Assembly (NCBI GenBank): GCA_039096225.1
Contig: JBBPEB010000029.1
Coordinates: forward strand, 1 to 64,000
Direction: 5' to 3'
Source: Blastocystis sp. Blastoise
Taxonomy: Eukaryota > Protista > Bigyra: Opalinata
Length of the DNA: 64,000 bases
Part shown: in pieces, positions 1-14,095 of the stretch
Layout: every line of letters begins with the position of its first letter
Position numbering within the stretch: the first letter of the stretch is position 1
Position numbers and translations under genes: made by a program
The notes under the pieces: generated by a model
What the model was told of the DNA's origin: nothing
The model's input: only the letters and a program-made list of their open reading frames with translations
Databases searched by the model: none

Positions 1-200
1 TTTTTATATTAAAAATCTAACCCTAACCTAAAAATTATTTTATATTAACCCTAATCTATTATTTTAATATTCAATTTAACACTAATCTATTATTTTTTAT
101 ATTAAATCTAAAACCATTATTTTATATTAAACCTAACCCTAAACCTAAAACCCTAAATTATTTTATATTCATTTTAAATCATAATCCTAAACCACTAATA
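1..200. repeat. Degenerate telomere-like (CCCTAA/CCTAA) repeats interspersed with a TTATTTTATATT spacer; subtelomeric satellite
   Basis: taaccctaacctaa, taaccctaatct, aacctaaccctaaacctaaaaccctaaa and atcctaaaccactaa, each preceded by ttattttatatt, at the very start of the window. The C-rich strand is on +, as expected for a left chromosome end. Confidence 0.7.
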
Positions 201-682
201 TATATATATAATTAAAATTATTTTATTTTATCAAATATTATTTTGTTATTCATAAATAATTATAATATTTATAAAAAGAAAATAAAAAATATCAATAATA
301 CTATAACTAAAACTAAACAACAATTATTCCTTATTATATACATATGTTTACAAAAATGAACAATTGATAATATAGAAAATAAATAATAAAATTTAATATT
401 CACGAATATAAAAAAAATATCCAGAAAATATATCAAAAATTTAAAACAAGAAAATAGATATATTCATAAGATATCCTTCGTAAGAAATCAAAAAAATATT
501 GAAAAAAAAATGAAATTTTGCTTGAATATTATTGTAAACAGTACTCAAAGACTTTTATAATAAATATATTAAAAAATAAAACCAGATTACAAGCCAAATA
601 AATAGATAAGATTTTCATATCTACAGAAAATTATAAAATATATACATTTGTAAAAAGAAATCTAGAAAAAAAGAAAAATCAT

Positions 683-3600
683 TTAATGAACAGACATCAA
701 TAAACCTTGTTTGATATATATATCTTTATATACCTTACGATTATAATTATTATTCAATATATGATATTTATAATAATGATAAATAAAATATCCGACAATA
801 ATGAATACTGTTATTCCTATTACACTACCGATAATAATATATACTAAAGAACCATTACTGGTATTTTCTATAATATGTATGTCATCATAATTACTAGTGA
901 TTGTACAATCCGATAATAATACTTGAATATCATTATTTGCATCTTTATATTCATTCATAAGATAATGATATACAGTATCCTTCCATTTCTCAACTTCTCT
1001 TTTAATATCTATAATACGAATAATCATACGAATCTTATTATTATTATTAAGATATATATCTTCCAATGACATAATCCATATATGAGAAGAAGGAATAGAA
1101 TAAACAGATAAATAACTATCTAATGTATGTAATAATATATAAATTTGTTTTCCTTGAATCGATTCACTTCTGATTCCTGATATATATATAGTATACTCTA
1201 TATATACATAAGGAGAAGAAGGAGAAGAAGAAGGTAATAAACAACGTGTTCTATTTTCATTTGACCATAGAGCAGAAACTCCATTACGAACACATTCACG
1301 TGCTCTATAAGAAGTTCGAATAGAAGTACATAATAAATAAGCTGTTTGACCAATAGAAGTTTCTGGCCAATCATTTTCTTCTTTACATGTATGTTCTCGA
1401 ATCACTAGTTGTATATCTATACTCACTTGCTTATCAGGATTACTTGCAGTTATTTTATAAGGCTTTAAAGATGATAGTATAGTAGGTGTTCCTTCAATTA
1501 CTCCACTTTTCGTATTTAATGTGATTCCCGTGGGGAAATCAGGAGTCACAGTCCATGAATTAATATAATTCTGAATATTAGGAGATATTCCTATTAATGG
1601 ATCTTGTATATAAGCTACAATATAAGTAATAGGATAAGTAACTACAGGTGTTTTATATATACATGTATTGGATATATTAGTCCATTTTGGTATATAATCA
1701 TTACTACATATTCGTGTAATAAAACCTTCTTTATATAGATCTCCACAATCTAAAGTGATTGTTTCTCCTTTATTTGTAGCAGGAAAACGACCTTCTGCAG
1801 GACATTGAGGATTGATTACTGTTATGGATATAGGTATATATGAATAATTATCAGTATTTGAAGCAATAATCATATGAATAGATTCAGAATAAGGAGATTT
1901 AGGTATACCTGTGATAGTACCTGTAGTTACATTCATAATAAGTCCTTCAGGAAGAGAAGGAATAATAGACCATGAAGTACATATACCTATACATAATGGA
2001 GTAATAGGATATAATTCAGAATTAATCACTGCTTGTATATAAGAAGGAGTCATAGAAATAGAAGGAGATTTTAATTTACAATTATAATGTTCTTGATCCC
2101 ATTTTATAGCAGTATATCCATCTTCTGTTACATAAAAATTCTTTGAAGATGTAGAATCTAAACATCTTCGTTCTCGTATACCTATATATCCATCAGGACA
2201 AGATAAATAATTATCTGTATTATATCTAGCTGGAGGCCATTCACCATCTTCAAAACATAAATAAGTATCAGTACTTATTATTAATAGAATAGTAACGTTA
2301 TTATACTGACCTTCTGCTTTTATTGTATAATTATTCTTTTTTGTATATACTAAAGGTATTCCTGAAATAATTCCATTATTAAATAGAAGACCATTAGGAA
2401 GATAAGAAGGAGTAATAGACCATTTCTCAACGATACCTGAAGTTACTATAGGTTCAACAGAAACAGTTCGATTCAATACAAATACATAAGATGAATGTGG
2501 ATAGGATAAAACTATATAATTAGAAGATAAAACACAATGATTCTCAATAGAAGACCAAGAAGGAATTCCATTCGGAGTTGAAGGAGGAATACAAGATCGT
2601 TGATAATAACCATTAAATCCAGAAGGACAATCGATAGTCGTAGTATTTCCTTGATAGGTTCTTGACCATACATCATCTTCTTTACAGAAATCACGATTTA
2701 TATCTGTGGCAACAGATATATATAAAATTGTGGATATAGTAGTATTATAATGACTAGAAGAAGCAGTTATAGTATATTGTGTAAGAGGAATATAAGTAGA
2801 AGAAGGAACACTAGTAATAACACCAGTAGCTGTATTTAATGAGAAAGAAGAAGGAAGAGAAGGAGAACTAGTGAAATTCATATAGAGAGCATCTATGAAA
2901 GGAACATTTATAGAAATAGATTCAGAAGCATATAATAAATAAATTGATTGATCATAATTAAATATAGTTGGAGGAGATAAAATACAATTCTTATTATCTT
3001 CATTACTCCAAATACCTTTATCTGAACAGAGTCGTTTCTTTTGACCTGTATAAAATAATCCACAAGATTTATATGAATATTCTCCATAATAAACAGAAGG
3101 ATATCCATCAATTGATGTACAATAATTATCTATAAGTCCTGTAAACAATGAAAATTCAGATACTTGTGCAGCTAATTCTGAAGTACATAAAGATTTTTCA
3201 TCATTTTCAAGAAAATTATTTTCACATTCATCAATAGTTAATCTATATCTATTATAAGGAATATCACTAATAATAGAATAAGATTTCTCTTCATATTGAT
3301 ATGTAAAATATTGTTTACTTGTTTTATGTATAATAGTATAATTAATATCATCATTAGAACCTTCTAATGTCCATCCTGAAGGAGTATATATATTACACAC
3401 ATAAGAATTACTTATAGAATATCGATTAATATATTCTTGTATTTGATTATTATAAATATATGAAATAGAAACACCAACACATTGTGATCTATATTTATAT
3501 ACAGTATTCTTATTATTATCAAATGCATTAGCTAATCTATTTCCTTCATTTTCATCTAAAAAGCCAGTATATCCATAGCCATTCTTCTGATTACGTATAT

Positions 3601-6600
3601 CTTTTAATATAGGTACCAAACTAGCACTAAATATACTATCATCAAATATACGTTTACCACGATGTATCTCTATAGCTATAGTATTATTTCCTATATTTAT
3701 AGATACAGGACTTAATTGTAAATGAATACTTCCACCTACTGTTTCAGGTAAATAAGGATCAAATATTGATAATGTATTACGAGTTATAGATATATTCTCT
3801 AATCCATATCGAAATGCTTCTTTTCCATTTATATATAATATACATCCACCTCTTAATGTTATTGTATAAGAGAGAACAGCTATATTCTGTAATGTAGTAA
3901 AATAATAATTCATTCGATAATATTGTGTTATACCTTGAGGTGGGGACATATTTAATATAGTTTCTGTCTTCCATCCTATTGGTTGATAATCTATCTTCAT
4001 CCAATCATATGGAAGAGGATTATGAGTTAAAGTATCATCATAATAAGTCCATTGTATTTCATTAGGTAATACTACATTATAAATAGAGAAATAATATTCT
4101 TTTTTATATTCTGAAGGAGATAGAGTTCCAGTAAATACAGTAGTACTATCTCTTAATAGTATAGAAACAGAAGAAGAAAGCCAACCATTATTATCTCTAG
4201 TAACTAAAATAATTGAATAATCAAATGTCATGAGACATAAAGGAAAAGCACTATTTGTTATTCGTGTTAAATGAGTATAATTACCAATAATTTCTTTTGT
4301 TTCTCTATCTTGAATATAATAGGACATAGTATTAGAAGGTGCATCCCAAGATGTAGAGAAATACGATTTAAATAATATATTTGGAGATATACATGAATAT
4401 ATTTGTATAGTTAATGTAGTATTCTTATATTCATTTCGAATATCTCTTCCTTGTATAATAATAATAGTATTTTCTGTTGTTTCTAAAGGTATACCTACAA
4501 TAATACCTGTATAGGTATCTAAAGATAATCCTTTTGGTAATGTTCCTTCTATAATACTGAATGATATATAATAATCAGTAGGATAAGAAGTAGATATATC
4601 TATTCCTATATATCCAATAATAGGATTTAGAGAATATGTTAATTCAGGAATAAGAATAGAATTCTCATTAAACATATAAAATTCTAATTGACTCATTTGT
4701 ATTCTATAATAGTTATCTTCTTTTGGTTTATATATTGATAATAAATAAATAGAATAAGATTGTATATGTGGATATGTATAAAAGCATTTTCTATTTATAG
4801 ATGGAGTCCATTTCATGTCTTCTTGAGTATTTAATAATATACAATGTAATCGTTCATAATCACAACCATAGAATGACCATGTTTGTGGACCTTGTTCAGG
4901 AAAAGCAGGACGAATAGAAATGCAATACTTATTAATATACTCAAATCGATATTTAGATTCATAAAATAACGTTATTGTTCGTGGTTGTTCCCTATCGTTG
5001 TAATATCTCATAGTAAATGAAGTATAATAATCTAAATCAAAAAGCATAGATATATAACTTTCAACTTCTGTAATATTAACAGAGCCAAATATATTCCATA
5101 GTCTAGGATATATAGCACTAGATGATAAATAATGTATACTTAATTCTACATTATTTGTATAAGGTAATTTTGTAGTTCTACTATATAGTGTAGCAAAAGC
5201 AATAGTATTGATACCATTATGAAAATAATTCATCGATAAAGAAATGGTTCTAATTGTAATACTAGTATTATTATTAGAAGGCATAGTATTATCTGTAATA
5301 GGAATAGAAGTATCATTAAGATCTGTTTTATAAGCTATTTGTTCATTTATATATAATAATACACTATTCGGACCTTTTAATATGATTTCCATACCTTGAT
5401 ATTTATTAGTATCATCAATATTAATTGTAGTACGATAATAACGATTATAACTATTATATTTCAATCGAGAAGAAGTATTTAAACATGAAAACCATGTATT
5501 TGTTATAGGAGAAGAAGAAGAAGTAAAATAATCATTTGTATACCAAGTAGAATCTATAAGTGTATCATTATCTAATTTACAGAGAACAGAAGAATCACGG
5601 TTATTGATCAGATAATCCAATGCAATTGGAGATTCTTGTGAATATCCATTATGTAAAGTACCATAGAAAATAGTATTTGAGTAAATATCATCTCTTAAGG
5701 ATATTTTTAAATTGGAAGAAGTAGACCAAGAAAATGATCCTGATGATGATAAACGTAGTATATATATACCTTTTAATAAACATAAGGTTCTATAATAAGG
5801 AGAAGAAGAAATAGCATGATCTAAATATACAGCAGTATTATTTTTATTAATTAATTCTATATATTCATATTCATAAGAAGAAGCTGCTGAATTCTTTATT
5901 AAATCAACAATTACATATTTATCATTACTACACACTAAAATATCTACATGAAATGTAATAGTAATAGTTTTCTCATATAAATAGCTATACGCTTCTATAA
6001 TAAAATCATCATTAAAAGCAACTGTAGGATATCCACTAATAGTTCCAGAAATAGAATCTAATGTCAATCCTTTAGGAAGAGAAGAAGGAAATTTCATTCT
6101 ATAATCAGATACACCAGAATGAATAGGAGAGATATTCACTTTCTCTATATTAATAAACCAAGTAAATGAATCAGAACCATAAGAATATTCTTGTAGAATC
6201 TCTTTATTACTTGCATAGAAATTGATATTATATACAGAGACATAAGTAGATGTTTGATAGGTTTCTGTAAATGTAATATTGATAATATTAAATAGATGTA
6301 TATTAGATAAGAAATAAAATGTTTGTAAATCATTGATATTCGTAAACATTAAATTACTATAGAAAGCAATAGGTTCCCAAGTAGTGCCATTATCATTAGA
6401 TCCAGAAATAAAGTAGGATTTAGGAAGAGATTTATAATCCGAAACATCACATGCCATGTCTATTGTATTAATCCATTCTTTACGTTGATTTGGAAATGTA
6501 TATAATAAGGAAGCACGTTCATTAATCATTAATCCTGACCATTTCGTTGTATATAAACCATCAAATGCATTATCAGCTATCTGATCTTCTTTATATAGAG

Positions 6601-7856
6601 GAGTAGAAGTAGATGTGCCATTAATACTACGTTGTACTTGATCTCCAGATAGAAATAATAATGTTGCTTCAAATTCATCATTAGTAATAGGTGTATTGTT
6701 TGCTTGATGAACTTCAATAGCTATAATAATATCTGTAGAATTACCAATAAAGTAATTATAATTGGCTGAATAAGATTTTAATGTATATGCTGGATCTGAT
6801 TGAATTGCATAATCATTGGGAGATAGATCGGTACTTTGAACATAGTGATAAGTTAATAATTTTGAATTTATATAGATAATAATACCTTCTTTTGATTTAA
6901 TGGATAATTCTAATAACGTAATGCCAGAAATATCTTTATTGATTTGAATAGTACGTCTATAATAACGAGTAATAGAAGAAGGAGTAGGAAATCGACCACT
7001 ATAATAATAATTCCAATTCGAATCATCATAAGAATAATAAATCCATTCTTTATAAGGAATAGGAGTAGATGTATATCTCCAAGGACTACTAGTATCCAAT
7101 ATGTAATAAGCTATATAAAGCAGATGTTAGTTTTTATAGTTATGAAGAAATACTTTCATAATAGAACTATTTGTTAATATTAAAAAAAAAATTATATATA
7201 TATATATTTACGATAGAAAGAGAATTCACCATAAGAACCTTGACTCAAAGTATATTTACTTAATACGGATAAATGTATAGATAACATTATATAAGAACCA
7301 TAACTCCAACCTTTTCCCCAACTATATATTAATCAACACAATAATAACAATTAATTTAAATAATAAATATATAATAGAAAACGATTTTAAATATTTCTAA
7401 TATATATATATGAATGTATTTATTAAAAAAATGTCTAAAATAGTAATCTAGTTTTATATAAATATATCAACAAAATATATTATAAATAAATATAATAATA
7501 ATGTAGAAAAAATACAACACAAGAAAACTATATATATATATATAATTACGACGAAATTGCAACTACGGTATGAGGAGTTGGATTCAAGCATAAATTGAAT
7601 GTTTGAAGCATGTTACCTTGACCATACTTTCCTGATAGGTCAAAAACAAGAGTCCCAGTGATTCTATTGCCTTGATAAACAGAAACTCTTTCATACGCAA
7701 CAGATGTTCCATATTTCCTTGTTAGAATTGTCTCTATAGTGTTCTCTGGACATGTTGCCAAACCTATATATATATATACCATAAAGTGAGATATCAGTTA
7801 CTCTGATCCAATGACATCAGAAGCAAAATAACAATTAGACATATATTGATCTTCAT
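683..7856 (-). CDS. Giant type I membrane/surface protein (~2260 aa) with putative-Ig (He_PIG), Cys-rich HRM-like and F5/8-type galactose-binding-like modules
   Basis: Four exons joined by GT-AG introns (7856-7802, 7763-7550, 7321-7212, 7110-683). Signal peptide MKINICLIVILLLMSL. Repeated LPxGLxLxxxTGxIxGxP (He_PIG), CxxDGxWPxTxxGxxxxxxC (HRM-like) and AFDG/WxLEGSND (discoidin-like) motifs. C-terminal TM IIIGSVIGITVFIIVGYFIY. Confidence 0.85.
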
Positions 7857-8903
7857 TGTTTTTGCATAAAGTCTAGTTAAAAACATACAAAACTAGACAA
7901 TAATGAGAAAAATCATTTTGTAATAAAACATTTATTTACGGTTATAATTTAAAACACTAGTGAAAAAAAAATGTTTTTTGAATTTTTAAATTTGATATTG
8001 TTTATTCTTTTTTTTGTTTTGAAGGTATTTTACCCTTGATCTTTGTTTGTATCCAGCTTTATATTATCTTTTTTAAATTGAAGATGCATCTGATATCATT
8101 TACCATGACTATCTACTTATTTTATACACTCTTATTATAGAATAAGAAAAGTCATTTAGTAATTATTTAGATTCTACTCGTATTAAATCATAAAGCATGC
8201 GTGCTACTCAGAATAACTACAATTCTAATATATTAAATTCAAAAAACACAAATTAATCGAATTTAAAGAATTTATTTTTGTAATATTGCGATAATACATA
8301 TATTCACATCATTATCATAGCTTATTCTACTTATATTAAATAGATTCGAATAAAAATATTAGATAATTTGTTAGTGTTCAAAGGAAATACAATTAATTTT
8401 CATAGAAGGAAGTTGTTATAGAAAATTTATGCTTTATATATGTGTTTCAAGATATGCTTCTCTCTATAGATGTTCAGAATCATAGTTATTAATTGAAAAT
8501 GATATATTATAATATTTAAATAAAGAGTAGACATAGATTAATGCTTAAATATATTTAGTAGTTACTTTTATGTCCAATTTTTATTAAATTCTTTTCATGT
8601 TTGTGTTATATAAATATAAGTAATAAACTATGTCTTAAAAAGAGATTAAAAATGAATATATAAATAATTCTATTTACTTTTGAATTAATTATTTAAAACA
8701 ATCAAATATTATAATCATGTAACAAGATATAATATATATATAAAACAATATTCATTTGATAATTAAATTTATTTTAATAATAATTTACAAATCTAAATTG
8801 AATGTAAAACTTTATAAAAAATAATAATAAAAATAATTTTATCAACTTTAGAACAAAGAATCAAAGGTGAATGTCTATATATAAACATAATATTAGTTAA
8901 TTT

Positions 8904-10202
8904 CTAATGATATATATAATATACTTTAGATAATAAATAATCATAGTTAGGAAGTTGATTGATAATTGTTTGTGTTTCTTCAGAGACTGGATTCTGAATA
9001 ATAGTATTTTGACTATTGTTCATAGTACTTAATATTGATTGAATAGGTATAGAAGAGTTATTCATAGATAAAGAAGAGTTATTCATAGATAAAGAAGAGT
9101 TATTCATAGATAAAGAAGAGTTGTTCATAGATAAAGAAGAGTTATCCACTGTTGAAGGAACAGCTAAGATATCAAGTGCAGAGATATTATTATTATTATT
9201 ATTATTAGAATCATAAGTAGTTGTATCTTGTGTTTGTGAAGACATATCGAAATCAAAATCATTAAGGAAAGAGAGATTATTAGGAGATTTAGGAGTAGTA
9301 GAAGAAGAAGGAGTATTATTATTTATAGAGGAGAATGAATTTGAAAATAGAGGAGTTGATGATGGAGTAATAGATAGATTCCTATCATTTGAAGTATTCT
9401 CCTTTTTATTATGTATATCTTCTTTAGATGAAAGATTCATCGAATCCGAAATATTATTATTCTTCAATTTACGATCTTTTCGTTTTCTGGATGTTTCTCG
9501 TGGAATTGAAATTGATTTTGAAACAGTTATATTCGTATCTTCATCTGACCAATCATCATTTGTGTTTTTAGAAATAGTATTTATCTTATTATTTTGAGTA
9601 GAATTCATTAAGGAAGGTTTATCATCATCTGACCAATCATCTTCATTAGATAAAGATTGAATTTCATTTTTAGATTTATTATTGGCTGATTTCTTGTTAT
9701 TCATGAATTCTTCATCATCTGACCAATCATCTTGAACTACTGATTTCTTAGATATCGTAGTAGATATATCTGGTTTAAATAGATCTTCATCACTCAAATT
9801 GTCTTCTTTAATTGATTGTTGTTTTATAACAGAAGATGACTTTATTTCATTAGACTTTATAGTATTCTTAATATTCTTTTCTTCATTTTTAATACCTTTT
9901 TTATCATCATCTTCATCAGAATCGATATCCCAATCATCTATAGTCGACTTTTTCATAACTGAAAGAACAGGAATAGTAGTAGTAGTATTATCTGAAATTT
10001 TATTATTATCTGAAATTTTATTATTATCTGAAGTTTTATTATTATCTGAAACTTTTTTATTATCTGAAATATTATTATTAAATTCATCATCACTATTAGA
10101 CCAATCATCATGTATTACTTTAGAAGAAACGGTTTTTATTGGTTCTTTCTCTATAGAAGATCGTCTTGAAGTATTTGTACGTTGTTTTCTTATACGTGAT
10201 GT

Positions 10203-10233
<31 letters not shown>

Positions 10234-12880
10234 GATAAAGATTTGGTTCTTTCTTTCGAATTCTTTTCTTCTTCACTATCGCTATCAAACATTGACATAT
10301 TTATAGGTTTTGTAACTTTACGAGATAGTTCATGTTTACTACGAAGAGAGCGTTTTGTTGATACATTCTTTGTAGAAAGAGAAGATGATGTAGGAATTGA
10401 AGGGAGTTCAGATTTATTAGGAGTAGAATTGACTTTATTGATTTGAAAGTCATTATCATCATCATCATCAGACCAATTCATATTATTTTGTTTTGATATA
10501 GTATTTGAAGGTTTAAGTGATTTAGGAGGGATAATAGGAGGAATATCTTGAGATGGTTTAAGTGATTTAGAAGGGATGGTAGGAGGAATATCTTTAGATA
10601 ACGTAGTATTAGGAATAGGAGAAGAAGTATCTGAATCTGAAAACCAATCCTCATCCTTTTTCTTTTTATTTATAGATGATTTAATATCAGTAGTAATAAC
10701 AGAAGGAATTGGATCTATTTCTTCTTCACTCTCTGAAATATCCCATTCATATTTACTTTTAGTAGAAGATACTTGATTTGAAGAATTTATAGATTGGTTA
10801 TTGATTTCTTTATTATTATTATTACTATTATTATTATTAGTAATAATTTTATTATTATTATTATTATTATTATCTTCATCACTCCAATCATTATCATTAT
10901 TATTATCTTCATTTATTTTCTTTGATGATTTAGAAATAGTAGATTTTAATGAAACAGTAGAAGACATAGGAACTGTTGATATATCTTTATTCATATTAGA
11001 ATTATCTTGTTGATCTTTAATATCTTTCTTTATAATATTCTCAGTACTATTGATTTGTTTAGAAGGAATTGAAATGGAGACAGTTTCACTATCATCTGAC
11101 CAATCATCATCAGTATCTATTTCAACAGTCATCACTGGCTTTGTATTCGATTTAACAATAGGCTTTTGAGTGTCTTTTACTTGCTTAATCAAATTACTAG
11201 TAGTTCTTGAAGAAGAAAGAATAGTTGAATCATTACTCTTTATTTTTTCTTTTTCTTTTTCTTTTTCTTGTTGTAAGCGATGAAGTTGTAATCGTGACAT
11301 TCCTTTTTCGGTTGTTCCAAGACGTTGAGTATTATGACGAGTCGAGGGTTTCTTCTCAACAATAAATTCATCATCATCATCATCATCCCAAGAGAATTGT
11401 CGTGTTTTTTCATCAGTAGACACTAATTTTGATTTATTTACTTTATTATTCTCTAGAGTATGTTTATCATCATTCTTATCACTATCACTATCTCCAAATA
11501 AATCATCTGTATCAATTTCTTCTGCATTCTTCTTAGCATTCTCTATTTGAAGTTGAACTTGTTTTATATCTTCTTTCTTTTCTTCTTCTTTTCTCAAATT
11601 ATTCATATCATCTCTCTTTTCTACTCGTAATGATTTCTTTGAAGAAACATCATTTGAAACATTATTCTTATTCTTATTCTCAATAAACGTATCACTATCT
11701 TCATCATCATCTTCCCAAGAATATTTCCTATTCTTATTATTTGTTATAGGATCTTTCTTATTCTTCTTATCATTATCCTTATTATTTCGCTGATTCTTTG
11801 GTTCTTTTGGTTCTATTTCCCATTCTTCATCGTCATCATCACTTATTTCTTTAACACTCGACTTTATCGTCGTTGATTGTACAACTTTTGTACCGAATGA
11901 CTTGGAAACTGGAGTTTCTACTTCCCATTCTTCTTCATCATCATTATTATTATTATTATTATTAACTGTAGAAGATATACTTGTTTTCTTTACCTTTATT
12001 TGATCATTAATAGTTTTATTATTCATATTTTTATTATTAATATCCTTATCATTATTAACATCCTTATTATTATTAATATTTTTATTATTAACATTCTTAT
12101 TATCTTCCATAGCTTCATTTGATTTCGTTTGTCCAGTAATATTCACTGATTTATTAACAACAATATTAATAGGTTTATTATTATATTCTACTTGAGATGG
12201 AGAGAGAGGTTCAGAAGGAGAAGAAGAAGAAAGAGGCGTTTTTCTATTACCTATTTCATTTGAAGAAACAGTATCTTCTTTATTCAATTCATCTAATTTT
12301 TGTGATTCTTTTGAGGATAACTCAACAGAAGAAACAGATTGACTTGGAATTGAATCCACAAATTTCTTTTCTATCACCGAGTGCTTCACAATCGGAACAA
12401 CTATTTATAAATATAATACATAATTATAATTTAAAAAAAAAAGAAAAAAAAACAATAAAATACCATTAAAAGCTTCAAATTGGTCTTTTCGTAATACAAA
12501 ATTCCAACGCTTGTATAATTCAGAATTATCAAAAATAGTCTGATTATCATCTTTCTCTTTTTCTATCGAATCATTTGAAAAAAGAAGATTTCTATAAAAA
12601 ATACAGAGAATCAAATATCTGTAATAGATCACACATACCTTGCGTAACTCTCTAAGTAAGCATCAAACTCAAAATTGATAGTATCAATAGCATGACGAGG
12701 ATCTTCTTTTACAAAAGCTTTCTTAAAAGAATTTCGGATTCTCATTATATTCTTATCAAACTGATCTTCACTTATCTCTTTATTTTCTGTATTCGTATGT
12801 TCCAAAGACGAAATAGGAAGCTCATCTACTTTTTCATTTGCTCCTATTATTGGAAATTCTTGATCCTTTTCTGGTTCCAT
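8904..12880 (-). CDS. Acidic low-complexity protein with 14 W-acidic motifs and an aftiphilin-like C-terminus (putative adaptor-binding trafficking protein)
   Basis: Three exons (12880-12639, 12592-12464, 12400-8904) in phase. Repeated DDWSDD/EEWE motifs, DLFGD and DFDFD. The C-terminal SEETQTIINQLPNYDYLLSKV resembles the LPDLxFMxxKV motif of aftiphilin-family C-termini. Confidence 0.6.
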
Positions 12881-13561
12881 GATATCACAATAAACTTTAA
12901 TGTATTAATATTTGAAAATATTGAAGAAAACTATACTATGAATTTGCCAGATTCTTCCATGAAAAACAGTAGAAATTCTCCTATTCATTCACAAAAATCG
13001 TGAATATCAACTAAGTTTCTTTTGATTTTTTTATGTTTGATTTTTTTAAATTTTCAATAGAGAATTGCTAGAAAACCGTGAAAGTTATACCCAGCTTCTT
13101 AAAGCCTCAAATACACTTTTCCTTGGTATTATTTTATTGGAGTCAATATTTTTTTTTGTGTTTTCGAGGATTGAAGCTAGTAAATGACATGTATATATCT
13201 TTCAATTATGATAATAATGATATAGTATCAAAAAATCCATAATTTGTATGTATTTCATGTGTAGAAATTATTTAAAAAAATGATTTATATGTATATCTAA
13301 AAGATTAAAATCTTCTGAACAAGATTACTTATTTACTTATGACAATGATTTATTTTATTTATTGATTTTATTGATTTTTTATAACCAATTGTGTTCGCTA
13401 TTCCTAGAGAATAAATATCTCTGGCTTATATACTTTTTAGTTTTTCATTTCTAGATTAATCTATATTTGTTATGGTTGTTATTTATATATCTTATTTTTT
13501 TTTATCCTCTATAGTGTTGTCGCTCAATATCGTAATTTATTTTAAAAAATTATTTCTGTTT

Positions 13562-14049
13562 ATGAATGAAATCTCCATGAATCAGCAAGTATTTGTTTGT
13601 TTTTTATTATGTTTGTCTATCTAAGAAATAAATATATTAGGTAAATGATTCAAATAGTGATACTGAAGAATATGTCCAGTCCAAAAACGATTTCGAGTTA
13701 ATTGTTGTATTCTTCTTTATGCTATCAAAACATATATAATTTATTATTATTATATATATAGAATGATGATAAGGATATTAAGACTTCGACAGAAAGAGAA
13801 TATAAAAATAAAAATGAAAATTTGAATATAAAGAATATAATAAAAAAGAATGAGAAAGAACTAAATACTGGTATCCAAAATAAATTAAATTATGAATGGA
13901 ATAAAATGGAGAATTTGCCTTGTCTTCTTCAAAGATGTTGCAATAATAAAGGATATTTAAATGAGAAACAAACTCAAAGACAAATATATAATATAGAAAT
14001 GGCTAATGTGATTGAGTCTGAGGTTGAAGAAAAAGCAGCATACTTAAAG

Positions 14050-14095
<46 letters not shown>

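Noticed and set aside
9799-11013. Antisense or alternative-frame ORFs over low-complexity genes (also 46636-47243, 51723-54065, 29506-30302)
   Set aside because: They are shadows of AAT/GAT repeats or of biased codon usage on the real coding frame.
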